From positions 1 to 64,000 of the forward strand of contig AP039701.1 in assembly GCA_051599415.1 (NCBI GenBank): 64,000 nucleotides of DNA. Direction: 5' to 3'. Position 1 is the stretch's first letter. Each line of letters opens with the position of its first letter. This DNA comes from Savitreella phatthalungensis. Lineage: Eukaryota. A model generated the notes under the pieces. That model ran no database searches. It was not told the DNA's origin and saw nothing but the letters and a program-made list of their open reading frames with translations. A program made the position numbers and the translations under genes. Shown here in pieces: positions 50,430 through 60,190 of this stretch.

Positions 50430-50453
50430 CGTCACTTACGTATACCATGAAAT

Positions 50454-51353
50454 TTAACGTATCTGCTCGATCGCCACTTGCAATATCTTCTTCACCGTGG
50501 CCACGCTTATATCGAAAGATATTGTCGGGTCGCTGACTGGTGGAATATGCACAAATGCGCATCTCGTCTTGCCTGTCTGTGGTGCATAGCATTTGCGGAG
50601 CTGCAGCTCTGCGAGTGACGCGTAGTAGATGAATTCACACAAATACCGCCCGGCATTGTCGCTGCAGACTAGATTCACAGGAGACTCTAGGCCCTCCAGA
50701 ACAGCTTTGCGGAGCAAGTCTACCTCGAATGTGCTCTCCAGCCTTTCGTATTGCGCCGCGGCCTCTCCGGAGATACCGAGTTCTTCGAGCGGCAGGGGAT
50801 ACCCCAGATCTGTGGCCAACTGCTTCTCTGCCTCATTCAACTTCTGCTCGTGAATCACCTCTGCTTCCTGATTCTGTTCCTTCAAGGCTGCCTGCTGTGG
50901 AGGAAGCCTGGACATGTGGTCACCAGACTTGTAGCCTCTCCGGTGCGCAGCCGACTCGAGGGCAATCTTGCCGAAATGGCCTTGCCCGATGTGCAAAATG
51001 ATGTCGTAGGGCTCGATTTCTTCGGACTCAGGCTTCCAAGTCTGCCGAGAAAACTGCTCTGAATACTCTGTCCTGGCTCTCCATACACCTCGTTCATCCT
51101 CGTAATCGTCAGCGACCTTCTCCCTGGGCACTAAATTGACAGGTCGAGTTCTGTGAAGAGTCGGAATGAGCTCTATCACAGCATCGTACTCTGTTGGCAC
51201 GAAGGCGAGGTCAATCGATACATCAGGCCGCTCGTTCCTAAAGGCAGTCTCTAGCGCACAGGCGCAATCCCACGATGGGTTGCGTGATGCCGATCTGAAT
51301 GGACCGAAGCCTGTGAGCAAGATGCGCGTTCTTTTTTGTACTGTTGGCGCCAT
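50454..51353 (-). CDS. Pyroglutamyl peptidase I (peptidase C15)
   Basis: ILLTGFGPF...NPSW; IILHIG; LES.AHR.GY; SDNAGRYLCEFIYY (catalytic Cys); FVHIP (catalytic His). Confidence 0.92.
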   Translation of the reverse strand: MAPTVQKRTRILLTGFGPFRSASRNPSWDCACALETAFRNERPDVSIDLAFVPTEYDAVIELIPTLHRTRPVNLVPREKVADDYEDERGVWRARTEYSEQFSRQTWKPESEEIEPYDIILHIGQGHFGKIALESAAHRRGYKSGDHMSRLPPQQAALKEQNQEAEVIHEQKLNEAEKQLATDLGYPLPLEELGISGEAAAQYERLESTFEVDLLRKAVLEGLESPVNLVCSDNAGRYLCEFIYYASLAELQLRKCYAPQTGKTRCAFVHIPPVSDPTISFDISVATVKKILQVAIEQIR

Positions 51354-51354
51354 C

Positions 51355-51546
51355 CTAGGTCTCTCGCTTCACCTCTTTGGTGCTTTGACCGTATTTGGAG
51401 ATCAGGAGCTCGTGCAGACGATGGCCCGGACGCCGCTCTTCTGGATGCTGCCTTTCGTACAGGGTGTATGCCCAAACACCAACTGCTACAGCAAACACCG
51501 GGTCTGACCACTTGGAAATGAGATAGACCGACACCGGACGCGACAT
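51355..51546 (-). CDS. NCE101: Non-classical export protein 1 (Nce101) family
   Basis: YLISKWSDPVFAVAVGVWAYTLYERQHP....GHRLHELL matches the Nce101 pattern. Confidence 0.82.
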   Translation of the reverse strand: MSRPVSVYLISKWSDPVFAVAVGVWAYTLYERQHPEERRPGHRLHELLISKYGQSTKEVKRET

Positions 51547-51764
51547 GGGATATTCCTTGACACTGCGGATAATCTCGATGACGACGAGCTGGCTTCGAGC
51601 CTTATGACAATTTCCTGGCCGATCCAGTCGTCGTTGTTTCCATCCGTGGTACGAAATTGATCACGTGCGCCCGTTTGAATCATAAACATTGGGGAGTCGA
51701 ATGAGAAAGTAAAGACGCGTCTTGAAGTCCCACGGACGGTTGCGTTCACTGTCCCGAAGGCATC

Positions 51765-53237
51765 ATGGAGGCGAGCACGACGGAACGGCCTCCGTCGGAG
51801 CCACTCATATTCGAGCAGCCGGCGCCACTCGGTCTCCATGGCGCACGTCAGATGCAGAAGCTCGTGAGCGATCACGACAAGCTAGGACGGTTGGTGGCAG
51901 AGGCACGTAACATGATTGTGCGCATGGCTGACAAGGAAGGAGGCTCACTCGAGCGCGGAGATATCAGAAGCCTTGAAACATCATTGCGAGATCTGATCGA
52001 CACGCAGGATCGGCTCACTTCGCTCAACAAGCACGTCCTAGAGGTCAGTGAGAAGCGTCGGGAGCACGTCGAGACTGACGATCCGAGTGACGTGCACGAC
52101 CCAACAGAAGGCGATGGTACAAGGACGTCGAACCAGAACAATAAACGCAACGCGTCGAAGCTGCTATCTGACCAGATTGAGCTCGCAAGGCAGGCCTACC
52201 TTGACAAAACGCCTCTGCAACGATTCGGTGGCGATCGCGACTTTAAGAAGTTCAAGGATTACATCTGGGATCACGAGCATCCGAATGAGGATCCGCCGGC
52301 GATTGCGACGTATTTCCCAGCGGTCCGCAATGCCGACGCGCAGGAGCAGGACGACGCGCTGGCTGCCGGATCGCAGGGTATGCCCGCTGGAGACGGGGAT
52401 GCTGACGAGGACCTGCATATGACTTATGCTCCGGGAGCACGATCACTCAAATGCCCAATCACTTGTGTAACGTTCGTGGATCCTGTAAAATCCAAGGTTT
52501 GTTCAGGTCACCACTCCTTTGAGCGCAGCGCAATCCTCCAGATGATCCGGAGTCATGGTGTCACAGAACTCAGTCGCATGCAGGAGGCGGGGCTCGTTGG
52601 AAGGGACGGCCGACCCAATATGCAGCATATTCTGTGGTTGACGCAGCGTGGCGCCGGCGGTGCTGGAGGTGGCAGCAGTGGTTCCGATATGACCGATGGT
52701 CGCACGTCCTCGGCCGGCTCGGCGAGACCGGGTAGTCGAGGTCGTCGGAATGGAGGCGCTCGTGGCGGACGGTCTCGCGTCATTGAGCTCGAGGTCGATG
52801 TTCCGGACTCACAAATCCAGCTGGCCACCCAATTGCAGACTCTGATGGCGTCGCAGGAGCCCGCCGACGCGGAAGAATTTGGCGACGTTGTGCCTGCCAC
52901 AGCAGCTGATGGAGATTCAGCTACGGCACTGCCAAGGAACGGCAATCAGAGGAGCAATGCAAGGGACAACGCCCCTCTGACACTTGCGCAGCAGCGAGTC
53001 CTTGCGAAGGTCACGATTGAGTGTCCCATGACCGGCTGCGCAAGTCGCATTGGAGAGGAGGACTTGGAGGACGACTATCTGATGGCGAGACGCGTCCGCC
53101 AGGCACTGCAGCAGGACGCAAGCGGTGTGCGTCGAACCCATAGCGGGGCCTTAGTCGATGATGGTGTCGACAATGACAACGACGGGCACAGCAGTGCGGC
53201 CGCCACATCACGAGATCAGCCACCCTTGCTAGAATGA
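51765..53237 (+). CDS. NSE2: SMC5/6 SUMO E3 ligase Nse2/Mms21 with a large insertion inside the SP-RING
   Basis: N-terminal helical region, RFG.D.DF..FK..IWD..HP; SLKCPIT..F.DPV.S..C..HSFERSAI ... IECPMTGC....DL..D. Confidence 0.82.
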   Translation: MEASTTERPPSEPLIFEQPAPLGLHGARQMQKLVSDHDKLGRLVAEARNMIVRMADKEGGSLERGDIRSLETSLRDLIDTQDRLTSLNKHVLEVSEKRREHVETDDPSDVHDPTEGDGTRTSNQNNKRNASKLLSDQIELARQAYLDKTPLQRFGGDRDFKKFKDYIWDHEHPNEDPPAIATYFPAVRNADAQEQDDALAAGSQGMPAGDGDADEDLHMTYAPGARSLKCPITCVTFVDPVKSKVCSGHHSFERSAILQMIRSHGVTELSRMQEAGLVGRDGRPNMQHILWLTQRGAGGAGGGSSGSDMTDGRTSSAGSARPGSRGRRNGGARGGRSRVIELEVDVPDSQIQLATQLQTLMASQEPADAEEFGDVVPATAADGDSATALPRNGNQRSNARDNAPLTLAQQRVLAKVTIECPMTGCASRIGEEDLEDDYLMARRVRQALQQDASGVRRTHSGALVDDGVDNDNDGHSSAAATSRDQPPLLE

Positions 53238-53299
53238 ACTACCGTAGACGATGGAATTACGACGTATGACATGAGATGCCCTAATGCAAACGACCTTGT

Positions 53300-54013
53300 C
53301 TAGACACTGCGTTCGAAGGCCTTGCGGAGGGCAGTCGCGTCGGGCGGTGTTGACAGGTCATATGCGTTCGCGATCGCTGGGCCATGTTGCTGTGCAATCT
53401 TGCTCCATATTGCGGCCCGCAGGCTCTCCTTGTTGTCGGGCGCGGTCGCTTGCGCCTGCGGTTCAGCGGATGCAGCATCGGCACCGACCTGTTTGGTAGC
53501 CTGTGGCCGAGGTGCTGGCGTGACATCAGGACTCTTCGGCGCCAGGCTAGCTGGAATCATCGCATGCAGCTGGACTTCCATGCCAAGTGATCCTAGAACG
53601 AATTCGTCAGCCAGCACTCTGCCTTTGTTCAGCAGCTTGACAGCAGAACCATCTGCGTTCTGATCCTCTGTCAGAGACGCGGCGACGCGAGACTTCAGTA
53701 GCTCAACCGTGTCATCCGACTGAGCATCGACGAACTCGACTGCGAAATGCGGCGGACGCAGCGACTTGACCTTCACAGTAATCGGGCCGGTCTGAGTTGA
53801 TGTGGCTACGGCGCTGGCCGATGATCCTGGTTTGACGGTTTCTGTACGCTGGCGCTTGGCAGATGCAATGACAGGCTCGATTGATTTGAGCGGCGGCATC
53901 ACCAATGGAGCATTCCCTCGACGAATGTTGCCCTTGGGTGCAGAGTGAGCTGTGGACGGAGCATTTGTCAAAAGCGTAGCGAAGACTTTGCCAAAGGCGA
54001 TCTCGTTCGACAT
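53300..54013 (-). CDS. Get5/Mdy2-like ubiquitin-like domain protein
   Basis: MSNEIAFGKVFATLL N-terminal helix; ITVKVKSLRPP..DTVELLK..VKLLNKGRVLAD UBL domain. Confidence 0.68.
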   Translation of the reverse strand: MSNEIAFGKVFATLLTNAPSTAHSAPKGNIRRGNAPLVMPPLKSIEPVIASAKRQRTETVKPGSSASAVATSTQTGPITVKVKSLRPPHFAVEFVDAQSDDTVELLKSRVAASLTEDQNADGSAVKLLNKGRVLADEFVLGSLGMEVQLHAMIPASLAPKSPDVTPAPRPQATKQVGADAASAEPQAQATAPDNKESLRAAIWSKIAQQHGPAIANAYDLSTPPDATALRKAFERSV

Positions 54014-54243
54014 GACTAGCGAGAGACAAGTCCTGAAGGATGACGTGTAGAGCTGTCGTTGAGTCAAGATGTCTTCCTTGCCTGTATTGATCTGAGCTGT
54101 TAAACCAATTAGCACCACGGAGACATGACAGATGCACGAATGTTCATTAGAAGCTCCTCAAGATTCGGCCTTCCATATCCCATATCCTACATGTGCTCCA
54201 TATCCTACATGTGCTCTAGATTGTCGTCAGCCTACAGATCAGA

Positions 54244-55863
54244 CTAGTCGTCGCCAGCTTCTTCGCCAGCGCCGGCGGGCTGGTGGCTGTGGATCTTATG
54301 CTCGCGTATCAAGGCTGAGCAGACAAGCCCACATATTCCTACACATCCGATAGCAATGAAAGCATAGCGCAGAGCGACATCGTAGCTGTCGATTGCAGCG
54401 TCTCGTAAGGCTCCTGGCAGAGTACGGACGAGTGATTGATCTTGGCGAATCCGTTCAACGAGATCAGCGTCGTGAATGCGCTTTGAAAGCTCCATTTTGA
54501 GAATGTCTTGGAGAATAGCAGAACTGAGAGTGACGCCTGAAACCTGGCCGATCGATCTGGCAAGGTAGGATAGGCCTGTGGCGACTGCAACCTCGTTCCT
54601 ATCAACAGAGCCAAGCAGCGCAATTAGAGTAGCGGTCGTCGAACCAGCTGTGCCGAGACCGACGAAGAACGGGTCGAACCATGTGCGCCACTCTGCAGGA
54701 TGTCGTCCCCATGTGGCGACGCTGAAGGCGACATACGGAAAGAAAGCAGCGGAGATGACTGTCAAAGCGTAGTATTTACCATTTCGAGCCAAGAGATAGC
54801 CAACCAGCAGCGAGCCGACTGGAATGCCAATGGCGTTCGGCAAAAGATGGAGGCCCGCTTGGGAAGAACTCAGTTCACGAACGGCCTGGAAGTAAATCGG
54901 CGCGGTATAAAGGAAGGCGAACGAGGATGCTGCTCCGAAGAAATTGACCGCTGCGCACAGACCAGGCGTTCTGCGAGCAACCAATGCAGGTGGCATCACC
55001 GGATGACTAGCGTATTTGACCTCGATGACACCGAACAGGATGATGAGTGCGGCAGAGAGGACCAGTGTACCAATGACCCTCGGATCCGACCACTCGAGCA
55101 GGTTGCCACCGATGGATGCCGCTAGGACGAAGCTTGCGACACCGGTGACAAGCACTCCTGCGCCGACAAAATCGATTTGCCTGAGTCTCTCACCTGCCGT
55201 CAGTCCGTTGTTCGCCAGGGGAATGTCAATCTTGTAGTAGGCAATCACGAGACTGTAGATTGCGAACGGTACCTGGATCAAAAAGGCGAATCGGAAGCCG
55301 AATCTTTCTGTGAGCCAGCCTCCAATCGGGCCACCGAGCGCCGCACCAGCACCGAATAGACAATTCGCGAGTCCTTGGAACGTGCCTCGTTGGCGGAGTG
55401 ACACAAGGTCGGAGCAAACGATTGACGACAATGCTGTCAGGCCTCCGCCTCCTATACCCGCAATCGCCCGGCCCACGATAATCTCTTCCATGCTACCCGC
55501 CACACCACACAGGATCGTGCCGAAGGTGAACAATGCGGTAGCTCCAAAGGTGGCCCATCGGCGGCCGACGACGTCAGACACACGACCGTACAATCCTTGG
55601 AAGGCAGCGACGGTGAGGAGGTAAGAGGTGCCCAACCAGGAGCCAAGGTTGTTTTGTTTGAATTGCGATGCGATGGTGGTCTGTAGGGTGGCGACCATGG
55701 TGCCGTCAAGTGCGGCGAGGAAGATTCCGCACCATACTCCGGACAAGACTAGCCATGTCGACCATGGCACTTCGCCAAGCGTGTCGGGCAGGCCCTTGTC
55801 ATCCGGTCGGGAAGGAGCAGCAGGACGCACTGGCGACAAGAGCCGTGTCCTTTCGTTCGCCAT
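54244..55863 (-). CDS. 14-TM MFS transporter (DHA2 / Vba vacuolar basic amino-acid transporter-like)
   Basis: FLAALDGTMVAT; YGRVSDVVGRR motif A; GRAIAGIGGGG; SDLVSLRQRG; N-terminal ERTRLL dileucine signal. Confidence 0.9.
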   Translation of the reverse strand: MANERTRLLSPVRPAAPSRPDDKGLPDTLGEVPWSTWLVLSGVWCGIFLAALDGTMVATLQTTIASQFKQNNLGSWLGTSYLLTVAAFQGLYGRVSDVVGRRWATFGATALFTFGTILCGVAGSMEEIIVGRAIAGIGGGGLTALSSIVCSDLVSLRQRGTFQGLANCLFGAGAALGGPIGGWLTERFGFRFAFLIQVPFAIYSLVIAYYKIDIPLANNGLTAGERLRQIDFVGAGVLVTGVASFVLAASIGGNLLEWSDPRVIGTLVLSAALIILFGVIEVKYASHPVMPPALVARRTPGLCAAVNFFGAASSFAFLYTAPIYFQAVRELSSSQAGLHLLPNAIGIPVGSLLVGYLLARNGKYYALTVISAAFFPYVAFSVATWGRHPAEWRTWFDPFFVGLGTAGSTTATLIALLGSVDRNEVAVATGLSYLARSIGQVSGVTLSSAILQDILKMELSKRIHDADLVERIRQDQSLVRTLPGALRDAAIDSYDVALRYAFIAIGCVGICGLVCSALIREHKIHSHQPAGAGEEAGDD

Positions 55864-56200
55864 GAGCAGGCGCCTTGAATGCTCCTGTTCGTGTGGTCTG
55901 GCAACGGCCGAGGTGAGGAGGTCAACTTTTAGATTAGCTTACTCGGCAACACTTGCCTAGATGGTCGAATCGATCCCGCAGTGCAATTCGCAATGCAGGG
56001 CACAATGAGCTCGTCGAAAACAAAATTCGGGCACACGACCGCATCGAGGACAACGGCGCGCGGTAGAGCACGCTCTCAAAGACACTGTGGAGGTTCACAC
56101 ATACGCTGACGAGGCAGATTGAGTTGGATGGCCACACTCGGGCTTTACAAGAAAAGAGAGAAGTGTATTATATTCTGTTGGTCCATGTTTTGTGCGGCCA

Positions 56201-59200
56201 TCAGTCGTCCCCCGGGAAACCGCCGAATGAAATGCCACCATCGGCGGCTGGGTCCGTCTGCAAGAATGAGTCAAAGTCAAAGTCAATGTCCATGTCACCT
56301 GTGCCTCCCGCGCCGAAGCCATCCATGCTAAACACCGACGATGGGTCTCCAGGGTCCAACCCGCCGAAGGAAGTGTCCGGACCGAAACCGGCCTGTTGCG
56401 GTGGGACTTGATGCGGTTGCTGTTGCTGCTGTGACGGCTGCGGCACGTGCTGCTGCTGCGGCAGGGCCTGCGAGGTCTGTGGTCCACGACCGGGTAGTGG
56501 CGCTCCGCCGAATTGTCCCTGGTGAGGAGTCATCGGCGTTTGCGGAGTCTGAGGATCGCTTGCACCGCTGGGAGTTGCTGGTTGGCCGGCCTTTTTCTTG
56601 TTCGCAGGAGGCTTTTTGTCCTTCGGTGGAGCTTTACCGCGCGCAGCGGTGCCAGCACCACCTGGCAGTTTCGCGTTGGCTTGTGTTGGCGTGGATGCAG
56701 AATCGACTCGAGGTGAAGGAGCCTGTCGCGACTGGGTCGGCTGCATCTGCTGGCTTGCAGGAGCCTGCGGAGGTGGCATCTGCTGGATATTTGCTGCGGC
56801 AGCAGCCGCTGCTTGATGCTGTTGCTGTTGCTGCTGTAGCTGCTGCTGTTGTTGCTGCAGATGCTGTGCAAGGATCTGCTGTTGATGAGGCGTCATTCGA
56901 TTGCCTTGCTGCATTTGCGTCTGCATCTGCTGGAGGAGCTGCTGTTGCTGCTGTTGCTGCTGCCACAACATCGCCTGAGCGGAAGAGCGCGCTCGTGGAT
57001 CGCCGTTTTGGATCATCTGCTGCAACAGCTGTTGTTGCTGCTGGTACAGGGGATGATTCGGAGGTAATTGACCGAGCTGCTGGCGGAGCATTTGCCCACC
57101 TTGAGTCATACCGATCGGCATGCCAGCACCTCCGCCCATCACATTGCCAGGAACGCCGTTGTCCTGCTGATGCTGTTGTTGTTGGAGCTGTTGCTGCTGC
57201 TGTTGCATCATAGCAAGACCGTTCGCTGTTTGCCCGGATAGCTGTGGTTGCTGCTGCTGCTGTTGTTGTTGTTGTTGCTGCTGTTGCTGTTGATGTTGCT
57301 GCTGCTGTTGATTCGCTTGCTGCTGTTGCAATTGCTGTTGTTGCGCCTGATGTTGCTGTTGCAGCATTTGGCGATACATAAGATGCTGCTGTTGCTGTTG
57401 TTGCTGTTGCTGTTGCTGTTGCGGCTGATTCTCGCCCGGGTTGCCAAGGTTGCTTGACCCAGGCACGGGACTGTACGCCATGGCTGGGGAGTTCATGCGG
57501 TGAACCTGAGCCTGCATACCGGCATTTGGCTGCATACCGGCTCGCGTCTGTGGCGAATTCGGATTTGCCTGATTTGCAAGCTTTGGCGTACCGCGCAGAT
57601 CGGTGATGGAGCTCGGTGAATTAAGCATGCGCGTCTGCGGAGAGCCGCCGAAATTGTTTGCTGCGGCATTCTCGCCAGGCTGCGAGAGACGTTCCTGCTC
57701 CTGCCGCGCCATCATCAAACGTCGCTTATTCTGCTGCTCAAGCAGCATTAGCTGCATCTGATAGTCCTGCAGAGCATGGTTCTCACCTCCCGCATTTGGC
57801 GCATTGCCGTTGGCTGTAGAGGTATTTCCGACACTTGAAGTGCCGTTGTGACCCAGCGAGTCCAGTCCCTCGTTGTGTTGCATGACCGGCGATGCGTTGA
57901 CCATCTGCTGCTGCATTCCCGGACCCTTCGCGGCTTGTTGCATCGCACGCTGCTGCTGCGATGCGAGATTCTGCACATATGCAGAGAGTTGCTTCTGCTG
58001 CACAGCAGGTGCAAGATTCTGGAACTGGGCGAGCTGTTGCTGAGGCAGCGCGGCAGGGTTGATACCAGCGTTTATGAGGATCTGATGTGTCGACAGCGCG
58101 CCTTGACCTGGTTGACCCTGCGGAATTTGTTGACGATTCTGCTGCGCCGGCGCGCCAGAGCCACCAGGTGTCTGCTGGTAAGCACCCTCTGGTGACAATC
58201 GCTGGCGCTTGGTCGAAGGAGAATTGGCAGCTCCGACAACAGGGGAACCTAGGGTGTGAGCCTGATTGTCATCCTCACGCTTGGGTTGACTTCCTTGCTG
58301 TTGTTGCTGCAGCTGCTGCTGCTGCTGCTGTTGCATCTGAGACTGTCGCAGATGAAGCTGCTGAATCTGCGCTGCTGTTGGTGGATAAGAAGATTTCCGT
58401 TGGCCACTGTTCAGCATGGCCTGACGCATCAGCGCCTCACGTGCCTTCGCACTCATTGGACCGCCTGTTGTCAGCGCTGTAAGATCTGCCGGACTGAGTA
58501 AAGGTTCACCACCCTGTGATGGCGACTGCTGCTGCCCTTGTCCCTGGACGGCGCCATTTTGCTGTGGTCGGAGTGCCTGGGTGCCAAATGCGGCGGTCGG
58601 ACCGTAGCCAGCCATAGCTGCAGCAGCCTGATTAAGCTGCATCATCAGCTGCGCCTGACCACGATCGCTCGTATTGGGTTTGTTGCGCTGACTTTGTGCC
58701 AGAAGAGCAGCCGCTGTCGCGCCTGGCATACCTTTGCCTTGTCGCGCGACAAACATGTCCCAGAAGAGTGACCACCACTCAGACAGGAAGCCTCCTTCGA
58801 TATCGACGGGAATATCGGCTTTTGCTAGAACGGGACTGCTGCCGCTGCCCGACGATGATGGCGCTTTCTTGACATCCGGATCAGTGGCCTTATTGCTTGA
58901 GGATGGATTTCCAGGGGTTTGGTTGCCTTCGCTGCTGCCGCCGCTTTTTGTCGCGCTTGCTTCGTCCTTTATGCGTGCATTCGCTTGATCTGCTGTCAAT
59001 GTCGCAACGTCAGCCTCGCGCAGAAATGCTTTTGCTGAATCTGTATGTCCTTGCTTCACCAGGTAGTCATAGATATAACACCGGAGGAGATGCTGACTAT
59101 CTGCGCGTTGAATGCTCTGCGCGGCTGCGGACGCTGCCGCCGCGCTTGGGTGGTTCGGATTTCCAGGAGCCATTCTGGGACTGGAGACGGAGCTGTTGGC

Positions 59201-59290
59201 AGTACCAGCCGATCCTATGCCTGGAGGGCCGCTCCTGCCGCTCCCAACGCCGGTCGAATTTTGAATGCCGGCCGGCGCGCCGTTGGACAT
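56201..59290 (-). CDS. LisH-domain Q-rich transcriptional regulator (Flo8/Som1/Adn-like)
   Basis: LLRCYIYDYLVKQG...AKAFLRE (LisH); GGFLSEWWSLFWDMF; NHALQDYQMQLMLLEQQNKRRLMMARQEQ; poly-Q; C-terminal DFDFDSFL. Confidence 0.9.
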   Translation of the reverse strand: MSNGAPAGIQNSTGVGSGRSGPPGIGSAGTANSSVSSPRMAPGNPNHPSAAAASAAAQSIQRADSQHLLRCYIYDYLVKQGHTDSAKAFLREADVATLTADQANARIKDEASATKSGGSSEGNQTPGNPSSSNKATDPDVKKAPSSSGSGSSPVLAKADIPVDIEGGFLSEWWSLFWDMFVARQGKGMPGATAAALLAQSQRNKPNTSDRGQAQLMMQLNQAAAAMAGYGPTAAFGTQALRPQQNGAVQGQGQQQSPSQGGEPLLSPADLTALTTGGPMSAKAREALMRQAMLNSGQRKSSYPPTAAQIQQLHLRQSQMQQQQQQQLQQQQQGSQPKREDDNQAHTLGSPVVGAANSPSTKRQRLSPEGAYQQTPGGSGAPAQQNRQQIPQGQPGQGALSTHQILINAGINPAALPQQQLAQFQNLAPAVQQKQLSAYVQNLASQQQRAMQQAAKGPGMQQQMVNASPVMQHNEGLDSLGHNGTSSVGNTSTANGNAPNAGGENHALQDYQMQLMLLEQQNKRRLMMARQEQERLSQPGENAAANNFGGSPQTRMLNSPSSITDLRGTPKLANQANPNSPQTRAGMQPNAGMQAQVHRMNSPAMAYSPVPGSSNLGNPGENQPQQQQQQQQQQQQHLMYRQMLQQQHQAQQQQLQQQQANQQQQQHQQQQQQQQQQQQQQQPQLSGQTANGLAMMQQQQQQLQQQQHQQDNGVPGNVMGGGAGMPIGMTQGGQMLRQQLGQLPPNHPLYQQQQQLLQQMIQNGDPRARSSAQAMLWQQQQQQQQLLQQMQTQMQQGNRMTPHQQQILAQHLQQQQQQLQQQQQQHQAAAAAAANIQQMPPPQAPASQQMQPTQSRQAPSPRVDSASTPTQANAKLPGGAGTAARGKAPPKDKKPPANKKKAGQPATPSGASDPQTPQTPMTPHQGQFGGAPLPGRGPQTSQALPQQQHVPQPSQQQQQPHQVPPQQAGFGPDTSFGGLDPGDPSSVFSMDGFGAGGTGDMDIDFDFDSFLQTDPAADGGISFGGFPGDD

Positions 59291-60118
59291 GCGCGATCCC
59301 GGGGTGACCTTTGACCCTGCCGTTGTCGTCGCTGTTGATGTTTCAGCGTAAAGCGAAACAATGAGGTTCGTCGAAAGGCTGGATGTCGCGCTCAATCAAT
59401 CGGCCGAGCTGTCGAGAATGACTGCCAAGACGTGTATGTGCGATCTCAAGGGACGTGTTTGAAGTCTATTGTTGTGCGACTAGCCCCGACGTTGAAGAAC
59501 CCCCCCGTTGTGCCGCCTCCTGGACACGCGATTCTCGCAAAGTGTCACAAGGGATTGCGAAAGCGTCTCTGTACCAAATGAGGTTTAAATCGTGGCTGTA
59601 CAGATTTGGTGCGAAAGCCGCGTTGGCGAGACCGTCGTCAAGAAGGTCGTCCTTGTCCTCTTGCGGCTTATTAAAAGAAGCACAAAATTTGTGGAGACTT
59701 TGTGATCTCGTGGAAGCGCGCGATCAGTCGAAGCAGGACGAATGATTGAGATCGATGTGCTCGTACAGATCAGGTGATCCGTATCAGAAGCAGAGAAAGT
59801 CCGCGCGACAAGGCGGTCCTAAGTATCTATCAATTCGCCGGTAGATTGGAGGGTGCGCGTCGCGAGATTGTGATCCAAATCAGTGTCCTTGCGGCTGATC
59901 TCGAGGGCTTTTCTGATCGACGACGCCAGCCAAGACGTGTACGATGATGCAGATAGCACCTTCTATGGAAGAATATCCTTGAATCCCCAGGACGAGATGG
60001 CGTGAATGAGGTTGCAAGGGAAGTCTACGGAAGTGAAGGTGACGATGGTTGGATGGATTGTTAGAGAGGATACAAGGTAGTGTGGAATAGAATTGGACCG
60101 ACGTACGTGGATACTGCA

Positions 60119-60190
60119 GAGCTATAACCCATGAGCTATACTGAGCTATACAGAGCTATACAGAGCTATACAGAACTATACAGAACTGTA
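60119..60190. repeat. 10-bp tandem repeat (CAGAGCTATA)n
   Basis: gagctatactgagctatacagagctatacagagctatacagaactatacagaactgta. Confidence 0.8.

Noticed and set aside
56341..57457. Plus-strand Ala/Val/Leu-rich ORFs
   Set aside because: They are antisense shadows of the poly-Q tracts in the LisH protein
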